NCBI GenBank assembly: GCA_963702435.1
Contig: CAVPCR010000001.1
Location: forward strand, 704,001 to 768,000
Direction: 5' to 3'
DNA: 64,000 bases
DNA from: Candidatus Eiseniibacteriota bacterium
GTDB taxonomy: Bacteria > Eisenbacteria > RBG-16-71-46 > CAVPCR01
The notes under the pieces were generated by a model, which saw only the letters and a program-made list of their open reading frames with translations, ran no database searches and was not told the DNA's origin. Position numbers and translations under genes: made by a program. Within the stretch, counting starts at the first letter, position 1; each line of letters begins with the position of its first letter. Shown piece after piece: positions 50,891 through 60,621 of the stretch.

Positions 50891-52528
50891 ATGCTCCGCG
50901 ATCTCCCGCTCCTCCCCGCGTTCGCGCTCGTCGTCGTGGTGGCGATCACGATCGCACTCGTCCTCTCGACGGGGGTCGAGGAGCGCGCCGAGTTCGTGTT
51001 CGACCTCGCCTCCGAGCCGGAGACCCTCGACCCGACCTACATCACCGACCAGCCCGGCGGGCGCATCGCGATGGCGCTCTTCGAGGGACTCACCACCCGC
51101 CACCCGCTGAGCCTCGCCCCCGAGCCCGGCGTCGCCTACCGCTGGGATATCTCGCCGGACGGCCGCGCGCTCACCTTCCACCTCCGCCCCGCGCGCTGGT
51201 CGAACGGCGACCCGGTCACGGCCGGCGATTTCGTCTTCCAGTGGCGGCGGGTCCTCGCCCCGGAGAGCGGCGCCCGCTACGTGGACCTCTTCTTCGCGAT
51301 CGAGAACGCCGAGCGCTTCGCCCGCGGCGCGCTCGCCGACCCCGACTCGCTCGGCTTCGCCGCTCCTGACGACTCGACCCTCGTCGTCCGCCTCGCCCGC
51401 CCGACCGCCTACTTCCTCGACCTCTGCGCCCACTATCCGTTCTATCCGACGCATCCGCGCGTCGTCAGCGCCCACGGCGAGGACTGGATCCGTCCCGAGC
51501 ACATCGTCTCGAACGGCCCGTTCACGCTCGTCGACTGGCAGCTCCGCCGCCGGATCCGCCTGCAGAAGAATCCGCAGTACTGGGACGCGGCCCACGTCGA
51601 CCTCGCCCTCGCCGACGCCATCTTCAGCGAACAGGCCTCCACCGCCTTCAACCTCTATGCCGCCGGCGAGACCGACTGGATCGACTCATCGAGCATCCCG
51701 CCCATGATCCGCGATGCGGTCCTCTCGCGGCCCGACTTCCACACGAGCCCCTATCTCAACACCTTCTTCTACCGGCTGAACGTGCGGCGGCCGCCGCTCG
51801 ATGACAAGCGCGTGCGGCAGGCGCTCAATCTCGCAATCGACAAGCAGGCGATCACGACCCACATCACGCGGAGCGGGCAGATTCCGGCCACGCACCTCGT
51901 GCCGCCGGGGCTGCCGGGATACGCGAGCCCGCCCGGTCCTGCCTGCGACCCCGCGCGCGCCCGCGCCCTCCTCGCCGCGGCGGGGTATCCCGGCGGGCGC
52001 GGCTTCCCGCCGCTCGAGCTCCTCTTCAACACCTCGGAGGAGCAGCGCCCGATCGCCGAGGTGGTGCAGGCGCAGTGGCTTGAGGAACTCGGCATCCGCT
52101 GCGAGCTCCGCAACCAGGAGTGGAAGGTGTTCCTGAACTCGACGCGGGCGGGCGAGTACCAGGTCGCGCGCGGCGGCTGGATCGGGGACTACCTCGATCC
52201 CACCACCTTCCTCGAGCTGTGGCTGCCCGAGAACGCCAACAACCGCACGGGCTGGTCGGATCCCGCGTACACGGAGCTCATCGCGCAGGCCGCGGCGGAG
52301 GCCGATCCGGAGCGCCGCACCGCGCTCCTCGCCGCGGCCGAGGCCCACCTCCTCGACGCGACGCCGATCATCCCGCTCTACTTCCTCGTCACGCTCAACT
52401 GCTACGACGACAGCCGCTTCGGCGGCTGCGAGCCGAACCTCCTCAACATGCTCTTCCTGAAGCACGTGTACCGCAAGGACCGCGCCGCCGTAGCAGCGGC
52501 GGCTGCGGCGCGCGCGGGCATGCCATGA
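50891..52528 (+). CDS. oppA: Peptide ABC transporter substrate-binding protein
   Basis: EPETLDP, LFEGL, WSNGDPVTAGDF, SNGPF, KNPQYWD, RVRQALNLAID, GWIGDYLDP. Confidence 0.93.
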   Translation: MLRDLPLLPAFALVVVVAITIALVLSTGVEERAEFVFDLASEPETLDPTYITDQPGGRIAMALFEGLTTRHPLSLAPEPGVAYRWDISPDGRALTFHLRPARWSNGDPVTAGDFVFQWRRVLAPESGARYVDLFFAIENAERFARGALADPDSLGFAAPDDSTLVVRLARPTAYFLDLCAHYPFYPTHPRVVSAHGEDWIRPEHIVSNGPFTLVDWQLRRRIRLQKNPQYWDAAHVDLALADAIFSEQASTAFNLYAAGETDWIDSSSIPPMIRDAVLSRPDFHTSPYLNTFFYRLNVRRPPLDDKRVRQALNLAIDKQAITTHITRSGQIPATHLVPPGLPGYASPPGPACDPARARALLAAAGYPGGRGFPPLELLFNTSEEQRPIAEVVQAQWLEELGIRCELRNQEWKVFLNSTRAGEYQVARGGWIGDYLDPTTFLELWLPENANNRTGWSDPAYTELIAQAAAEADPERRTALLAAAEAHLLDATPIIPLYFLVTLNCYDDSRFGGCEPNLLNMLFLKHVYRKDRAAVAAAAAARAGMP

Positions 52529-53442
52529 TCGCCTACGTCCTCCGGCGGCTCCTCTCCCTCCTCCCGCTCCTCGCCCTCGCCCTCTTCCTCGCCTTCCTCT
52601 TCATGCGCACGGCGCCCGGCGGACCGTTCGACCTCGAGCGGAGCCTGCCGCGCGAGATCGAGGCCCAGGTCCGCGCCCGCTACCACCTCGACGAGCCGCT
52701 CGCGACCCAGTTCGGCCGCTACGCGGCGGACCTCCTCCGCGGCGACCTCGGCCCCTCCTTCCGCTACCGGAACCGCTCGGTCGCGGAGATCATCGCGGCG
52801 AGCGCGCCCGTGTCGCTCACCCTCGGCGCACTGGCCATGGCGATCGCGCTCGTCACCGGGGTGGCGGTCGGCGTGGTCGCCGCGCTCCGCCGCGACACCT
52901 GGATCGACCATGCGACGATGGGGTTCGCCATGGCCGGGATCTCGATCCCCGCCTTCGTGCTCGGCCCCCTCTTCGTCCTCGTCCTCGCGTTCGGGCTCGG
53001 CCTCTTCCCTCCGGCCGGGTGGGGCGCGCTCCACCACCTCGTCCTCCCCGCGCTCACGCTCGCCGCCTCGCGCACGGCGATCATCGCCCGCCTCACCCGG
53101 AGCGGCATGATCGAGACCCTCGAGCAGGACTTCATACGCACGGCCCGGGCCAAAGGCCTCTCCGCGATGGCGGTCGCGCTCCGCCACGCGCTCCCGGTCG
53201 CGATCCTCCCCGTCGTCTCCTACCTGGGGCCGGCCACCGCCGCCACGCTCACCGGATCGGTCGTCGTCGAGCGCATCTTCCTCGTGCCCGGCCTCGGCAC
53301 CTTCTTCGTGCAGAGCGCGCTCAACCGCGACTACACGCTGGCCATGGGCACGGTCCTCTTCTACTCGGCGCTCCTCATGCTCCTCAACCTGGTCGTCGAC
53401 CTCGCGTACGCGGTCCTCGACCCGCGGGTGAAGCTCGAATGA
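52525..53442 (+). CDS. oppB: Peptide ABC transporter permease
   Basis: APGGPF, GDLGPS, ARLTRSGM, ARAKGL, RHAL, NRDY, LDPRV. Confidence 0.95.
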   Translation: MIAYVLRRLLSLLPLLALALFLAFLFMRTAPGGPFDLERSLPREIEAQVRARYHLDEPLATQFGRYAADLLRGDLGPSFRYRNRSVAEIIAASAPVSLTLGALAMAIALVTGVAVGVVAALRRDTWIDHATMGFAMAGISIPAFVLGPLFVLVLAFGLGLFPPAGWGALHHLVLPALTLAASRTAIIARLTRSGMIETLEQDFIRTARAKGLSAMAVALRHALPVAILPVVSYLGPATAATLTGSVVVERIFLVPGLGTFFVQSALNRDYTLAMGTVLFYSALLMLLNLVVDLAYAVLDPRVKLE

Positions 53443-54248
53443 CCCGCGTCGCCGCCCTCCTCCTCGCGGCCATCGTCGCCGCGACCGTCGTGATCCCGCT
53501 CGCGAGCCCCTATCGCTTCGACGAGCAGGACCTCGCACGCCAGCTCGAACCGCCGTCGCGCGCCCATCCGTTCGGCACCGATCTCCAGGGCCGCGATCTC
53601 CTGGTGCGGGTCGCGCACGGCGGGCGGATCTCGCTTCTCGTCGGGCTGGTGGCGACCCTCGTGAGCCTCGCGATCGGCGTCACCTGGGGCGCGGTCGCCG
53701 GCTACGCGGGCGGGCGCATCGACCACTGGATGATGCGCTTCGTGGATCTCCTCTATGCGCTCCCGTTCATGTTCTTCGTGATCCTCCTCGTCACCTACTT
53801 CGGGCGCTCCATGGTCCTCCTCTTCATCGCGCTCGGCGCCGTCCAGTGGCTGACCATGAGCCGCATCGTGCGTGGCCAGGTCCTCTCCCTGAAGGCGGAG
53901 CCCTTCGTCGAGGCGGCGCGCGCCCTCGGCGCCTCGGGGCCGCGGATCCTCGGCCGCCACATCCTGCCGAACCTGGTCGGGCCGGTGATCGTCTACTCGA
54001 CGCTCACCGTGCCCGCAGTGATCCTCGAGGAGGCGTTCCTGAGCTTCCTCGGCCTCGGCGTGTCGCCGCCGCGCACGAGCTGGGGACTCCTCGCGGCGGA
54101 GGGGGCGGCTGCGATCTCGATCGTGCGCACGAACTGGTGGCTCGTCGTCTTCCCGGGCGCGGCCCTCGGGCTGACGCTCCTCGCGCTCAACTTCGTCGGG
54201 GACGGACTGCGCACGGCGCTCGATCCGCGGAGCGCGCGGCGGCGGTGA
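53439..54248 (+). CDS. oppC: Peptide ABC transporter permease
   Basis: HPFGTDLQGRD, GGRISL, EAARALG, RHILPN, EAFLSFLGLG, GDGLR..LDPR. Confidence 0.95.
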   Translation: MTRVAALLLAAIVAATVVIPLASPYRFDEQDLARQLEPPSRAHPFGTDLQGRDLLVRVAHGGRISLLVGLVATLVSLAIGVTWGAVAGYAGGRIDHWMMRFVDLLYALPFMFFVILLVTYFGRSMVLLFIALGAVQWLTMSRIVRGQVLSLKAEPFVEAARALGASGPRILGRHILPNLVGPVIVYSTLTVPAVILEEAFLSFLGLGVSPPRTSWGLLAAEGAAAISIVRTNWWLVVFPGAALGLTLLALNFVGDGLRTALDPRSARRR

Positions 54249-54255
54249 GCGCCGC

Positions 54256-54969
54256 TCAGGCGCCCCGCAAGCTCTTGATGCAGTGGAGCACGAGCGGATG
54301 CCCCTCGGAGAGCCCATACACCTCGCGATAGAGGCTCCTGAGCGCGTGCTCGATCGCATCCGACCGGAGATCGGGCTCGCGCATCGGCAGCATGTAGATC
54401 CAGTAGGGCACGACCGGGAGCTCGGGCCCCAGCGGCGGCGCCTGGAAATCGGCGTGGATGCGCTGGAACCCGAGGCGCTCGTAGAAGCCGATGCGCCGCC
54501 TGCAGAGCTCGCGCGCGGTCGAATCCCGGGCGAGCTCGGGGCGCTCGACCTCGAGGAACACCCAGTGCGGCGGGCGCGGGTAGGTGGCCGCCCAGCGATC
54601 CACGATCGAGCGGAAGAGCGCGGTGCCCACGCCCTTCCCGCGCCGGCTCTCCTCGACCGCGAGGTAGGCGATGTAGGCGAGGCCGATCGAGGTGACATGA
54701 AGGCCGGTCGCGAAGCCGCACACCCCGCTCGGGCTCATCGCCACGTGGAAGGAGTGTCCCCCCGGCTCCTCGTGCGGCTGCGGGACGAGCTGCATCAAGG
54801 CCGCGTCCTCGATCCGCTGCTCCGGGGGGAACGCGGCATGGAAGATGCGGACGACCGCCTGCGCATCGGCCCGGCTCAGGTTGGTGACGGGTCGAATCTG
54901 GACCTCGCCCTCGAACCCGCCGCCCGCGCCGGATCCCGGCGCCGCGGCGAAGTCGTGATCTCGTGCCAT
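54256..54969 (-). CDS. GNAT family N-acetyltransferase
   Basis: AFPPEQR, YLAVEESRRGKGVGT, LEVE, RRIGFYERLGF. Confidence 0.85.
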   Translation of the reverse strand: MARDHDFAAAPGSGAGGGFEGEVQIRPVTNLSRADAQAVVRIFHAAFPPEQRIEDAALMQLVPQPHEEPGGHSFHVAMSPSGVCGFATGLHVTSIGLAYIAYLAVEESRRGKGVGTALFRSIVDRWAATYPRPPHWVFLEVERPELARDSTARELCRRRIGFYERLGFQRIHADFQAPPLGPELPVVPYWIYMLPMREPDLRSDAIEHALRSLYREVYGLSEGHPLVLHCIKSLRGA

Positions 54970-55228
54970 CTTTCCCTCCCGGCGCGCGCTCCGGCGGCCG
55001 CCCGCTCCCGGCCGGTCGAGGAACCGTCCGGCCCCCCGCAAGGTACCACCAGTGACCAGCACCCGGCACTCCGGCGGCGGTATCCGGCCGCAACCCGGGC
55101 CGACGGATCGTTGTCACTCGCCGAGCGCCCTGTTAGGCTCAACCGGCGCCCTGAACAGGCAGCATCTCCCGCTTCCCTGCGGGTCGTCTGGCGACCGGCC
55201 CCGGCCGGTCCTCGAGGAGGATCATCGC

Positions 55229-55873
55229 ATGCGCTCCCTCACCCTTCGCTTCGCCCTGGTCCTCGCCGCCGCCGGCATCGCCGCCGTCCTGCCCACGGCC
55301 CGGGCCGAGGAGAAGCCAACGGCCTTGACCGCCCCGGCCCAGGCCGGGAAGCCGGCCGGCGAGAATCCGGTCGTGGCCGTCAAGACCTCGATGGGTGACC
55401 TGAAGATCCGCCTCTTCCAGGACAAGGCCCCGATCTCGGTCGCCAATTTCCTTTCCTACGTGGACGACCGGTTCTACGACGGGACCGTCTTCCACCGGGT
55501 GATCGAAAGCTTCATGGTCCAGGGTGGCGGATTCACCGCCGACCTCGCCAAGAAGGAGACCAAGGCGCCCATCAAGAACGAGGCGACGAACGGCCTCTCC
55601 AACAAGATGGGCACCGTGGCGATGGCTCGCACCAATATCGTGGACAGCGCGACATCCCAGTTCTTCATCAATGTCGCCGACAACACGTTCCTCGATCACA
55701 AGAACGGCACGCCCCGCGACTACGGCTACGCGGTGTTCGGCGAGGTGATCTCCGGAATGGACGTGGTCGAGCGGATCAAGGCGGTCAAGACGGGGGCGAA
55801 GGGCGCTTTCTCGAGCGACTGCCCCCTCGAGCCGGTCACCATCCTGTCGATCCGGCGCGCTGACGGGGGCTAG
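55229..55873 (+). CDS. ppiA: Periplasmic cyclophilin-type peptidyl-prolyl isomerase
   Basis: Signal peptide, APISVANF, FHRVI..FMVQGGG, GTVAMART, ATSQFFIN, YAVFGEV. Confidence 0.95.
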   Translation: MRSLTLRFALVLAAAGIAAVLPTARAEEKPTALTAPAQAGKPAGENPVVAVKTSMGDLKIRLFQDKAPISVANFLSYVDDRFYDGTVFHRVIESFMVQGGGFTADLAKKETKAPIKNEATNGLSNKMGTVAMARTNIVDSATSQFFINVADNTFLDHKNGTPRDYGYAVFGEVISGMDVVERIKAVKTGAKGAFSSDCPLEPVTILSIRRADGG

Positions 55874-56111
55874 TCCCCGCGGGCCCCCCGCCCGCCCCGG
55901 CTTCGCGCTCGCCCCCCGCCGAGGCGAGGGTGCCGGCCCCGGCGGCGGAGCGACCCGCCCCGCACGCCGGGCAGATCTACCATGAGAATTATAGATTCCC
56001 GGCGCTTCCTGCCGGCTGCCGGCTGCCGATTCCACTGACGCTCAAAAGCACCCGGGATCTACAATTGCCTCAGGCGAGCCTTTTCCGCCCGCCCTATCTT
56101 GGAGGGCCGCC

Positions 56112-56549
56112 GTGAGTCAGAAACGACGCAGCCGCGAAGACATCGTGAGGCTCCTCGCGGATTGCGGTCTCAACCTCACTGCACAGCGCGTAGCCATCGC
56201 CGAGACCGTGCTGAACAGCCACACCCATCCCACGGCCGAAGAGGTCTACCGGGCGGTGTGCACCGTGCTTCCCGTCGTGTCCCGGGCCACCGTCTACAAC
56301 ACGCTCAAGCTCCTGGTGCGCCAGGGCCTGCTGCATGCCATCTCGGTCGAGGAAGGGGCCGTTCACTACGATCCCTGGCTCGACCCGCACCCTCACTTCC
56401 TCGACACGCGGACGCATCGCCTGATCGACATCCCGGACGAGGAGATTCTCTCCTTCGAGCATCGGCTCGATGAGTCGCGCTTCGAGGTCGATGACGTGCA
56501 GGTGCTGTTCCGCGGCCGCGCGCTGAGTCCAAGCCCGGCCGCGCGCTGA
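56112..56549 (+). CDS. Fur-family regulator (PerR/Irr-like, no CxxC motifs)
   Basis: TAQRVAI, HPTAEEVY, SRATVYNTL, HPHF; GGAGG RBS. Confidence 0.9.
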   Translation: MSQKRRSREDIVRLLADCGLNLTAQRVAIAETVLNSHTHPTAEEVYRAVCTVLPVVSRATVYNTLKLLVRQGLLHAISVEEGAVHYDPWLDPHPHFLDTRTHRLIDIPDEEILSFEHRLDESRFEVDDVQVLFRGRALSPSPAAR

Positions 56550-56573
56550 GCGGGGCGGAGCCCGCGGTCACGC

Positions 56574-57047
56574 CTAGGGCTCGCGCTCCATCGCGAAGAA
56601 CTCGACCTCGCGAAAGCCGTTCGCGCCGAAGAAGGCGCGCAGCGGGTCGTCCGGTCGCACCAGGCACTGGATGAACGGCACGCGGAAGCGGCGGAAGACC
56701 TCGAACATCGCCTTGATCAGGTGCGTGCCGACGTCCCGGCGGCGGTGTTCCGGATGCACGCCGATCGTGACGATGCGCCCGCAGCGCGGGATGCCGAACT
56801 GGTACGACTGGATATCGCCGATCATGAAGCCGACGACCTGCCCGCCCGCCTCGGCCACCTGGCACAGCTCCGGCGACAGTTCGCTTTGCGCTCCGGCCTC
56901 CTCGGACAGATAGGCGCCGAGCATCCCGCGCCAGAAGCCGGCCTTCCGCTCGCCGCTGATCAGACCGTCGATATGGATCACGGCCTCGACGTCGCCGGTC
57001 CGGATGGCACGCACGGTCACCGCCTCGCTCTTCTCTCGCTCGATCAC
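56574..57047 (-). CDS. GNAT family N-acetyltransferase
   Basis: VAEAGGQVVGFMIG, IGVHPEHRRRDVGT, FFGANGF; GGAGG RBS before GTG. Confidence 0.85.
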   Translation of the reverse strand: MIEREKSEAVTVRAIRTGDVEAVIHIDGLISGERKAGFWRGMLGAYLSEEAGAQSELSPELCQVAEAGGQVVGFMIGDIQSYQFGIPRCGRIVTIGVHPEHRRRDVGTHLIKAMFEVFRRFRVPFIQCLVRPDDPLRAFFGANGFREVEFFAMEREP

Positions 57048-57088
57048 CAGAACCTCCCGTCGGCCGCGCCGGCACCCGGCGGCTGCCG

Positions 57089-58045
57089 CTACCCCGCCGC
57101 TCGCGCGCTGATCTCGAGCATGCGCTCGATCGCGACCAGGGCCCGGCTGCGCACGGGCTCCTCCACCGTGACCTCCGGCCGCCGGTCGCGCATGCACAGG
57201 TACACCTTCTCGAGCGTGTTCAGCCTCATGTGCGGGCACTCGTTGCAGGCGCAGCCCGAGTCCGGCGGCGCCGGGATGAAGACCTTGTCCGGGCTCTGCT
57301 TCTGCATCTGATGGATGATGCCCGGCTCGGTGACGACGATGAACGCCCGCTCCGGGCGCTCGGTGACGTGCTCGAGGAGGGCCGAGGTCGAGCCGACGAA
57401 ATCGGCGAGCGCCAGCACCCGCTCGGTGCACTCGGGGTGCGCGACGACACGGGCCTCGGGATGGCGCACCTTGAGCTGGACCAGCTTCTTCTCCGAGAAG
57501 ATGTCGTGGACTACGCAGGCGCCGGGCCAGAGCACCATCGACCGGCCGGTCTTCCCGGCCAGGAAGCGACCCAGGTTCTGGTCGGGACCGAAGATGATGG
57601 GCCTCTCGGGCGGGACCGAGCGGATCACGGCCTCGGCGTTCGATGACGTGCAGATCACGTCGGAGAGCGCCTTCACCGCCGCCGAGCAGTTGATGTACGA
57701 GATCACGACGTGCCCCGGATGGGCGTCGATGAAGGCCTTGAAGCGGTCGGGGGGGCAGCTCTCGGAGAGCGAGCAGCCGGCGTCGAGGTCGGGAACGAGG
57801 ACGAGCTTGTCCGGATTGAGGATCTTGGCGGTCTCCGCCATGAAGTGCACGCCGGCGAAGACGATGACGTCGGCCGCGGTCCTCTTCGCCGCCTGGGCGA
57901 GCTTAAGGCTGTCGCCGATCGTGTCGGCGACATCCTGGATGTCGGGCTCCTGGTAATAGTGTGCGAGGAGGACCGCGTTCAGCTTCTTCTTGAGGACCGC
58001 GATCTCGGCGAAGAGGTCGAGATCGGCCTGGACCGGCGTCGGCAC
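57089..58045 (-). CDS. nadA: Quinolinate synthase
   Basis: [50 protein letters not shown]. Confidence 0.96.
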   Translation of the reverse strand: MPTPVQADLDLFAEIAVLKKKLNAVLLAHYYQEPDIQDVADTIGDSLKLAQAAKRTAADVIVFAGVHFMAETAKILNPDKLVLVPDLDAGCSLSESCPPDRFKAFIDAHPGHVVISYINCSAAVKALSDVICTSSNAEAVIRSVPPERPIIFGPDQNLGRFLAGKTGRSMVLWPGACVVHDIFSEKKLVQLKVRHPEARVVAHPECTERVLALADFVGSTSALLEHVTERPERAFIVVTEPGIIHQMQKQSPDKVFIPAPPDSGCACNECPHMRLNTLEKVYLCMRDRRPEVTVEEPVRSRALVAIERMLEISARAAG

Positions 58046-58360
58046 GATGGTGATGCTCCCTTTCCGGCGAGCCGGCCCGGGTGGCAATGCCCACTCGCAC
58101 CCAGCCCTGGAAGCTCGCTCAGGCGAGCTTACCATGCCCCTCGCCGCCCGGTGGAGCGCGGCCGGCGATGCCCGGCGCCAGAGTTTACATGGAGTTCACA
58201 TGGCGCCCACACCCCGGTGACAGCCGGAACGCGCCTCGACCCGTATCCTTCTACACAACGCTGGCTCCGGGAACGTGGCCCCCGCCGCGACCGGCACCAT
58301 GAGCCACCGGATATACACACCCCCGCGGCATCAACTCAACTCTTCATGGAGGTATCTGGA

Positions 58361-58825
58361 ATGCGCAAGCTCATCGCTCCGTCCATCCTTGCTCTGGCCA
58401 TCATGAGCTTCACGGCCAGCGTCTACGCCGGCGGCAGCGCCTGCTCGAGCTCGAGCAAGAGCGCCTCGGCCTGCGTCGGCAAGAGCGCTGCCTCCTGCTG
58501 CCCCGCGGGCAAGACCGCAGGGATGCCCGACGGCATGAAGATCGAGACGGCGCGCATCGGGAGCGGCTCCCTCGTCGTCCTGTACAGCTCGGACCAGGCG
58601 GACGTCGTGAAGACCCTGCAGGCGAAGGCCGCTAGCGGCGCCGCCGACTTCAGCTGCGGCGTCTGCCGCGAGATCGCGAAGGCGGGGAACTGCAAGGTCG
58701 AGCTCGTGCCCTTCTCCGGCGGCGTGATGGCCTTCGTCACGTCCGACAAGACCGAGTCGATCGACGCCTACGAGAAGCAGTACGCCGCGCTCACGACCAC
58801 AGCGACCGCACCGGCTGCCAACTAG
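58361..58825 (+). CDS. Secreted Cys-rich hypothetical protein
   Basis: GGAGG RBS, signal peptide ending VYA, C-x9-C-x7-CC and CGVC motifs. Confidence 0.75.
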   Translation: MRKLIAPSILALAIMSFTASVYAGGSACSSSSKSASACVGKSAASCCPAGKTAGMPDGMKIETARIGSGSLVVLYSSDQADVVKTLQAKAASGAADFSCGVCREIAKAGNCKVELVPFSGGVMAFVTSDKTESIDAYEKQYAALTTTATAPAAN

Positions 58826-58878
58826 CGCTGCGGACGGACCCCCGAGAGACGGTCCCGGTCCCCATCCCCCCGGCGACG

Positions 58879-58912
58879 AACGCCACCGGCTCCCGGCCGG
58901 TGGCGTTTTCGT
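58879..58912 (+). terminator. Intrinsic terminator
   Basis: AACGCCACCGGC-5-GCCGGTGGCGTT followed by TTCGTT. Confidence 0.75.
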
Positions 58913-58943
58913 TGGCGGCGCCAGGCGGTACCATCCGCTGACG

Positions 58944-59849
58944 ATGCGACCCCGATTCACCCCCCTCCCCGCCATCGCGCTGACCGCGTCGCTCCTGGTC
59001 GGATCCACCGCCCCCGGCCGCGCCGGCGGCCCCGGGATCTCCTGGCCGCTCGAGCTGTCCGGAGCGGCGCGGCTCCCGGACGGCTCCCTGGTCCTGGTGG
59101 ACGACGAGACGCGGGACGCGGTCTTCCTGTGGAGCGGCCGGACCGACGAGGGTCCGGCGCGGATCGGGATCGGCGCCTCCCTCGACGATCTGGAAGGCGC
59201 GGCAGCGGACTCGAGCGGGCTCGTCTATCTCCTCACGTCGCACTCGATGACCAGGGGCGGCAAGCTCCGCGCCGACCGCCAGCGCCTCGTCCGGCTCCGC
59301 CTCGCCCCGGGGGCCCGGGTCGAGATCGCGGCCGACCTCCGGGCCGCCCTCGGGCTCCTCCTGACCGGGGACGAGGCCCATCCCGGCCCGCCCCTCAACC
59401 TGGAGGGGCTCGCGTGGTATCCTCGCCGGGACGAGCTGATCCTTGGCGCGCGCGCCCCGCTCAGCTCGGGCCGCGCCCTCCTGGTGAGCCTCGGTCCCGC
59501 CGGGAGCCTCTTCGACCCGGCGCGGGCGGCCGGAGATCTGGGTCCCCTCCATCCGACCGTCGCCGCGCTCGATCTGGGCGGTCGCGGCGTGCGGAGCCTC
59601 GATTTCGACCCCTGGCGGCAGGCGATCCTCATCCTCGCCGGGCCGCCGGCCGATGGCCAGGAGGGGAGCGCTCTCTATCTGTGGACCCCGGACGAGCCGG
59701 CAGCCGTGCCGCTCGCGGTGCCCGGCCTGGGTGAGATTCGCCGGCCCGAGGGGGTAGTGGCACTGGGTCCGCCCGGCCCCGACGGGGCCTCGCCGGTCCT
59801 GATCGTCGGCGAGGGAGAAGCCCCGGCGCGGCTCGCGGCGCGCCCCTGA
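58944..59849 (+). CDS. Secreted DUF3616-like beta-propeller protein
   Basis: ELSGA, VDDE, DLEGAA, TSHS, LNLEGLAW, G.RAPL, LDLGGRGVR, LAGP, RPEG. Confidence 0.75.
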   Translation: MRPRFTPLPAIALTASLLVGSTAPGRAGGPGISWPLELSGAARLPDGSLVLVDDETRDAVFLWSGRTDEGPARIGIGASLDDLEGAAADSSGLVYLLTSHSMTRGGKLRADRQRLVRLRLAPGARVEIAADLRAALGLLLTGDEAHPGPPLNLEGLAWYPRRDELILGARAPLSSGRALLVSLGPAGSLFDPARAAGDLGPLHPTVAALDLGGRGVRSLDFDPWRQAILILAGPPADGQEGSALYLWTPDEPAAVPLAVPGLGEIRRPEGVVALGPPGPDGASPVLIVGEGEAPARLAARP

Positions 59850-59867
59850 AGCCACCGAGAAAAGACC

Positions 59868-60539
59868 ATGTGGTTCACCGATCTTCTTGCCCACGCCCTC
59901 GGCCTGGGTGGCCGGATGCTCCTGGCGGCGGCGCTCGGCGTCCTCATCACGTACCGCCGGGACATGGATCGCCAGCAGCAGAGCATCCTCCACGCCCACG
60001 CGTTCCTGGCGGTGGCCGGCACTCTCCTCATCATGGTGATCGGGGATCAGATCGAGCGCGCCGTCGCCATCATCGGGGTCGCCTCGGTGATCCGCTACCG
60101 CTACTCGATCCGCAACCCGAAGGACGCGAGCACGCTCATCATCTCGCTCGGGCTCGGCATGGCGTGCGGCGCCGGACTCATCGGCATGGCCGCCATCGGC
60201 GCCGTGTTCATCGTCATCATCACGCGCCTCTTCGACCTCCTGCCGCAGGCGTTGCCGGAAGCGCTCCTCCATCCGCAGCGCGAGACGCATTTCCGGATCG
60301 TCACCACCAACCCGGACCGCACGCTGGGCAAGCTCGACCAGATTCTCGAATCGGCCTCGGTCAACTACTCTCTCACCTCGCTCGAACGCCGGCTGCGCGA
60401 CATCGGCCCGCCGCAGACGGTGATCGAGGGCATCGTGCGCTTCAACGGGAACCTGGAGGTGACCGATCTCACCGCGGACCTGGTCGACGATCATGTCCTC
60501 CAGATCGCCTGGAGGGAGATCGATCCGCTGGGCGAGTGA
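59868..60539 (+). CDS. DUF4956/MgtC-like membrane protein
   Basis: IMVIGDQIERA..IIG..SVIRYR..IRNPKD, GLGMACGAG; C-terminal ACT-like part. Confidence 0.8.
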   Translation: MWFTDLLAHALGLGGRMLLAAALGVLITYRRDMDRQQQSILHAHAFLAVAGTLLIMVIGDQIERAVAIIGVASVIRYRYSIRNPKDASTLIISLGLGMACGAGLIGMAAIGAVFIVIITRLFDLLPQALPEALLHPQRETHFRIVTTNPDRTLGKLDQILESASVNYSLTSLERRLRDIGPPQTVIEGIVRFNGNLEVTDLTADLVDDHVLQIAWREIDPLGE

Positions 60540-60556
60540 AGGCTGAGCGCCGGCCC

Positions 60557-60621
60557 GGGCGCCCGCGAACGGGGCGCCGGTGGACCGGGGGCGCGCGGAC
60601 GGGCGCCCGCGAACGGGGCGC
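60557..60621. repeat. 21-bp direct repeat pair of REP-like hairpins
   Basis: GGGCGCCCGCGAACGGGGCGC at 60557 and 60601, between convergent genes. Confidence 0.75.
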
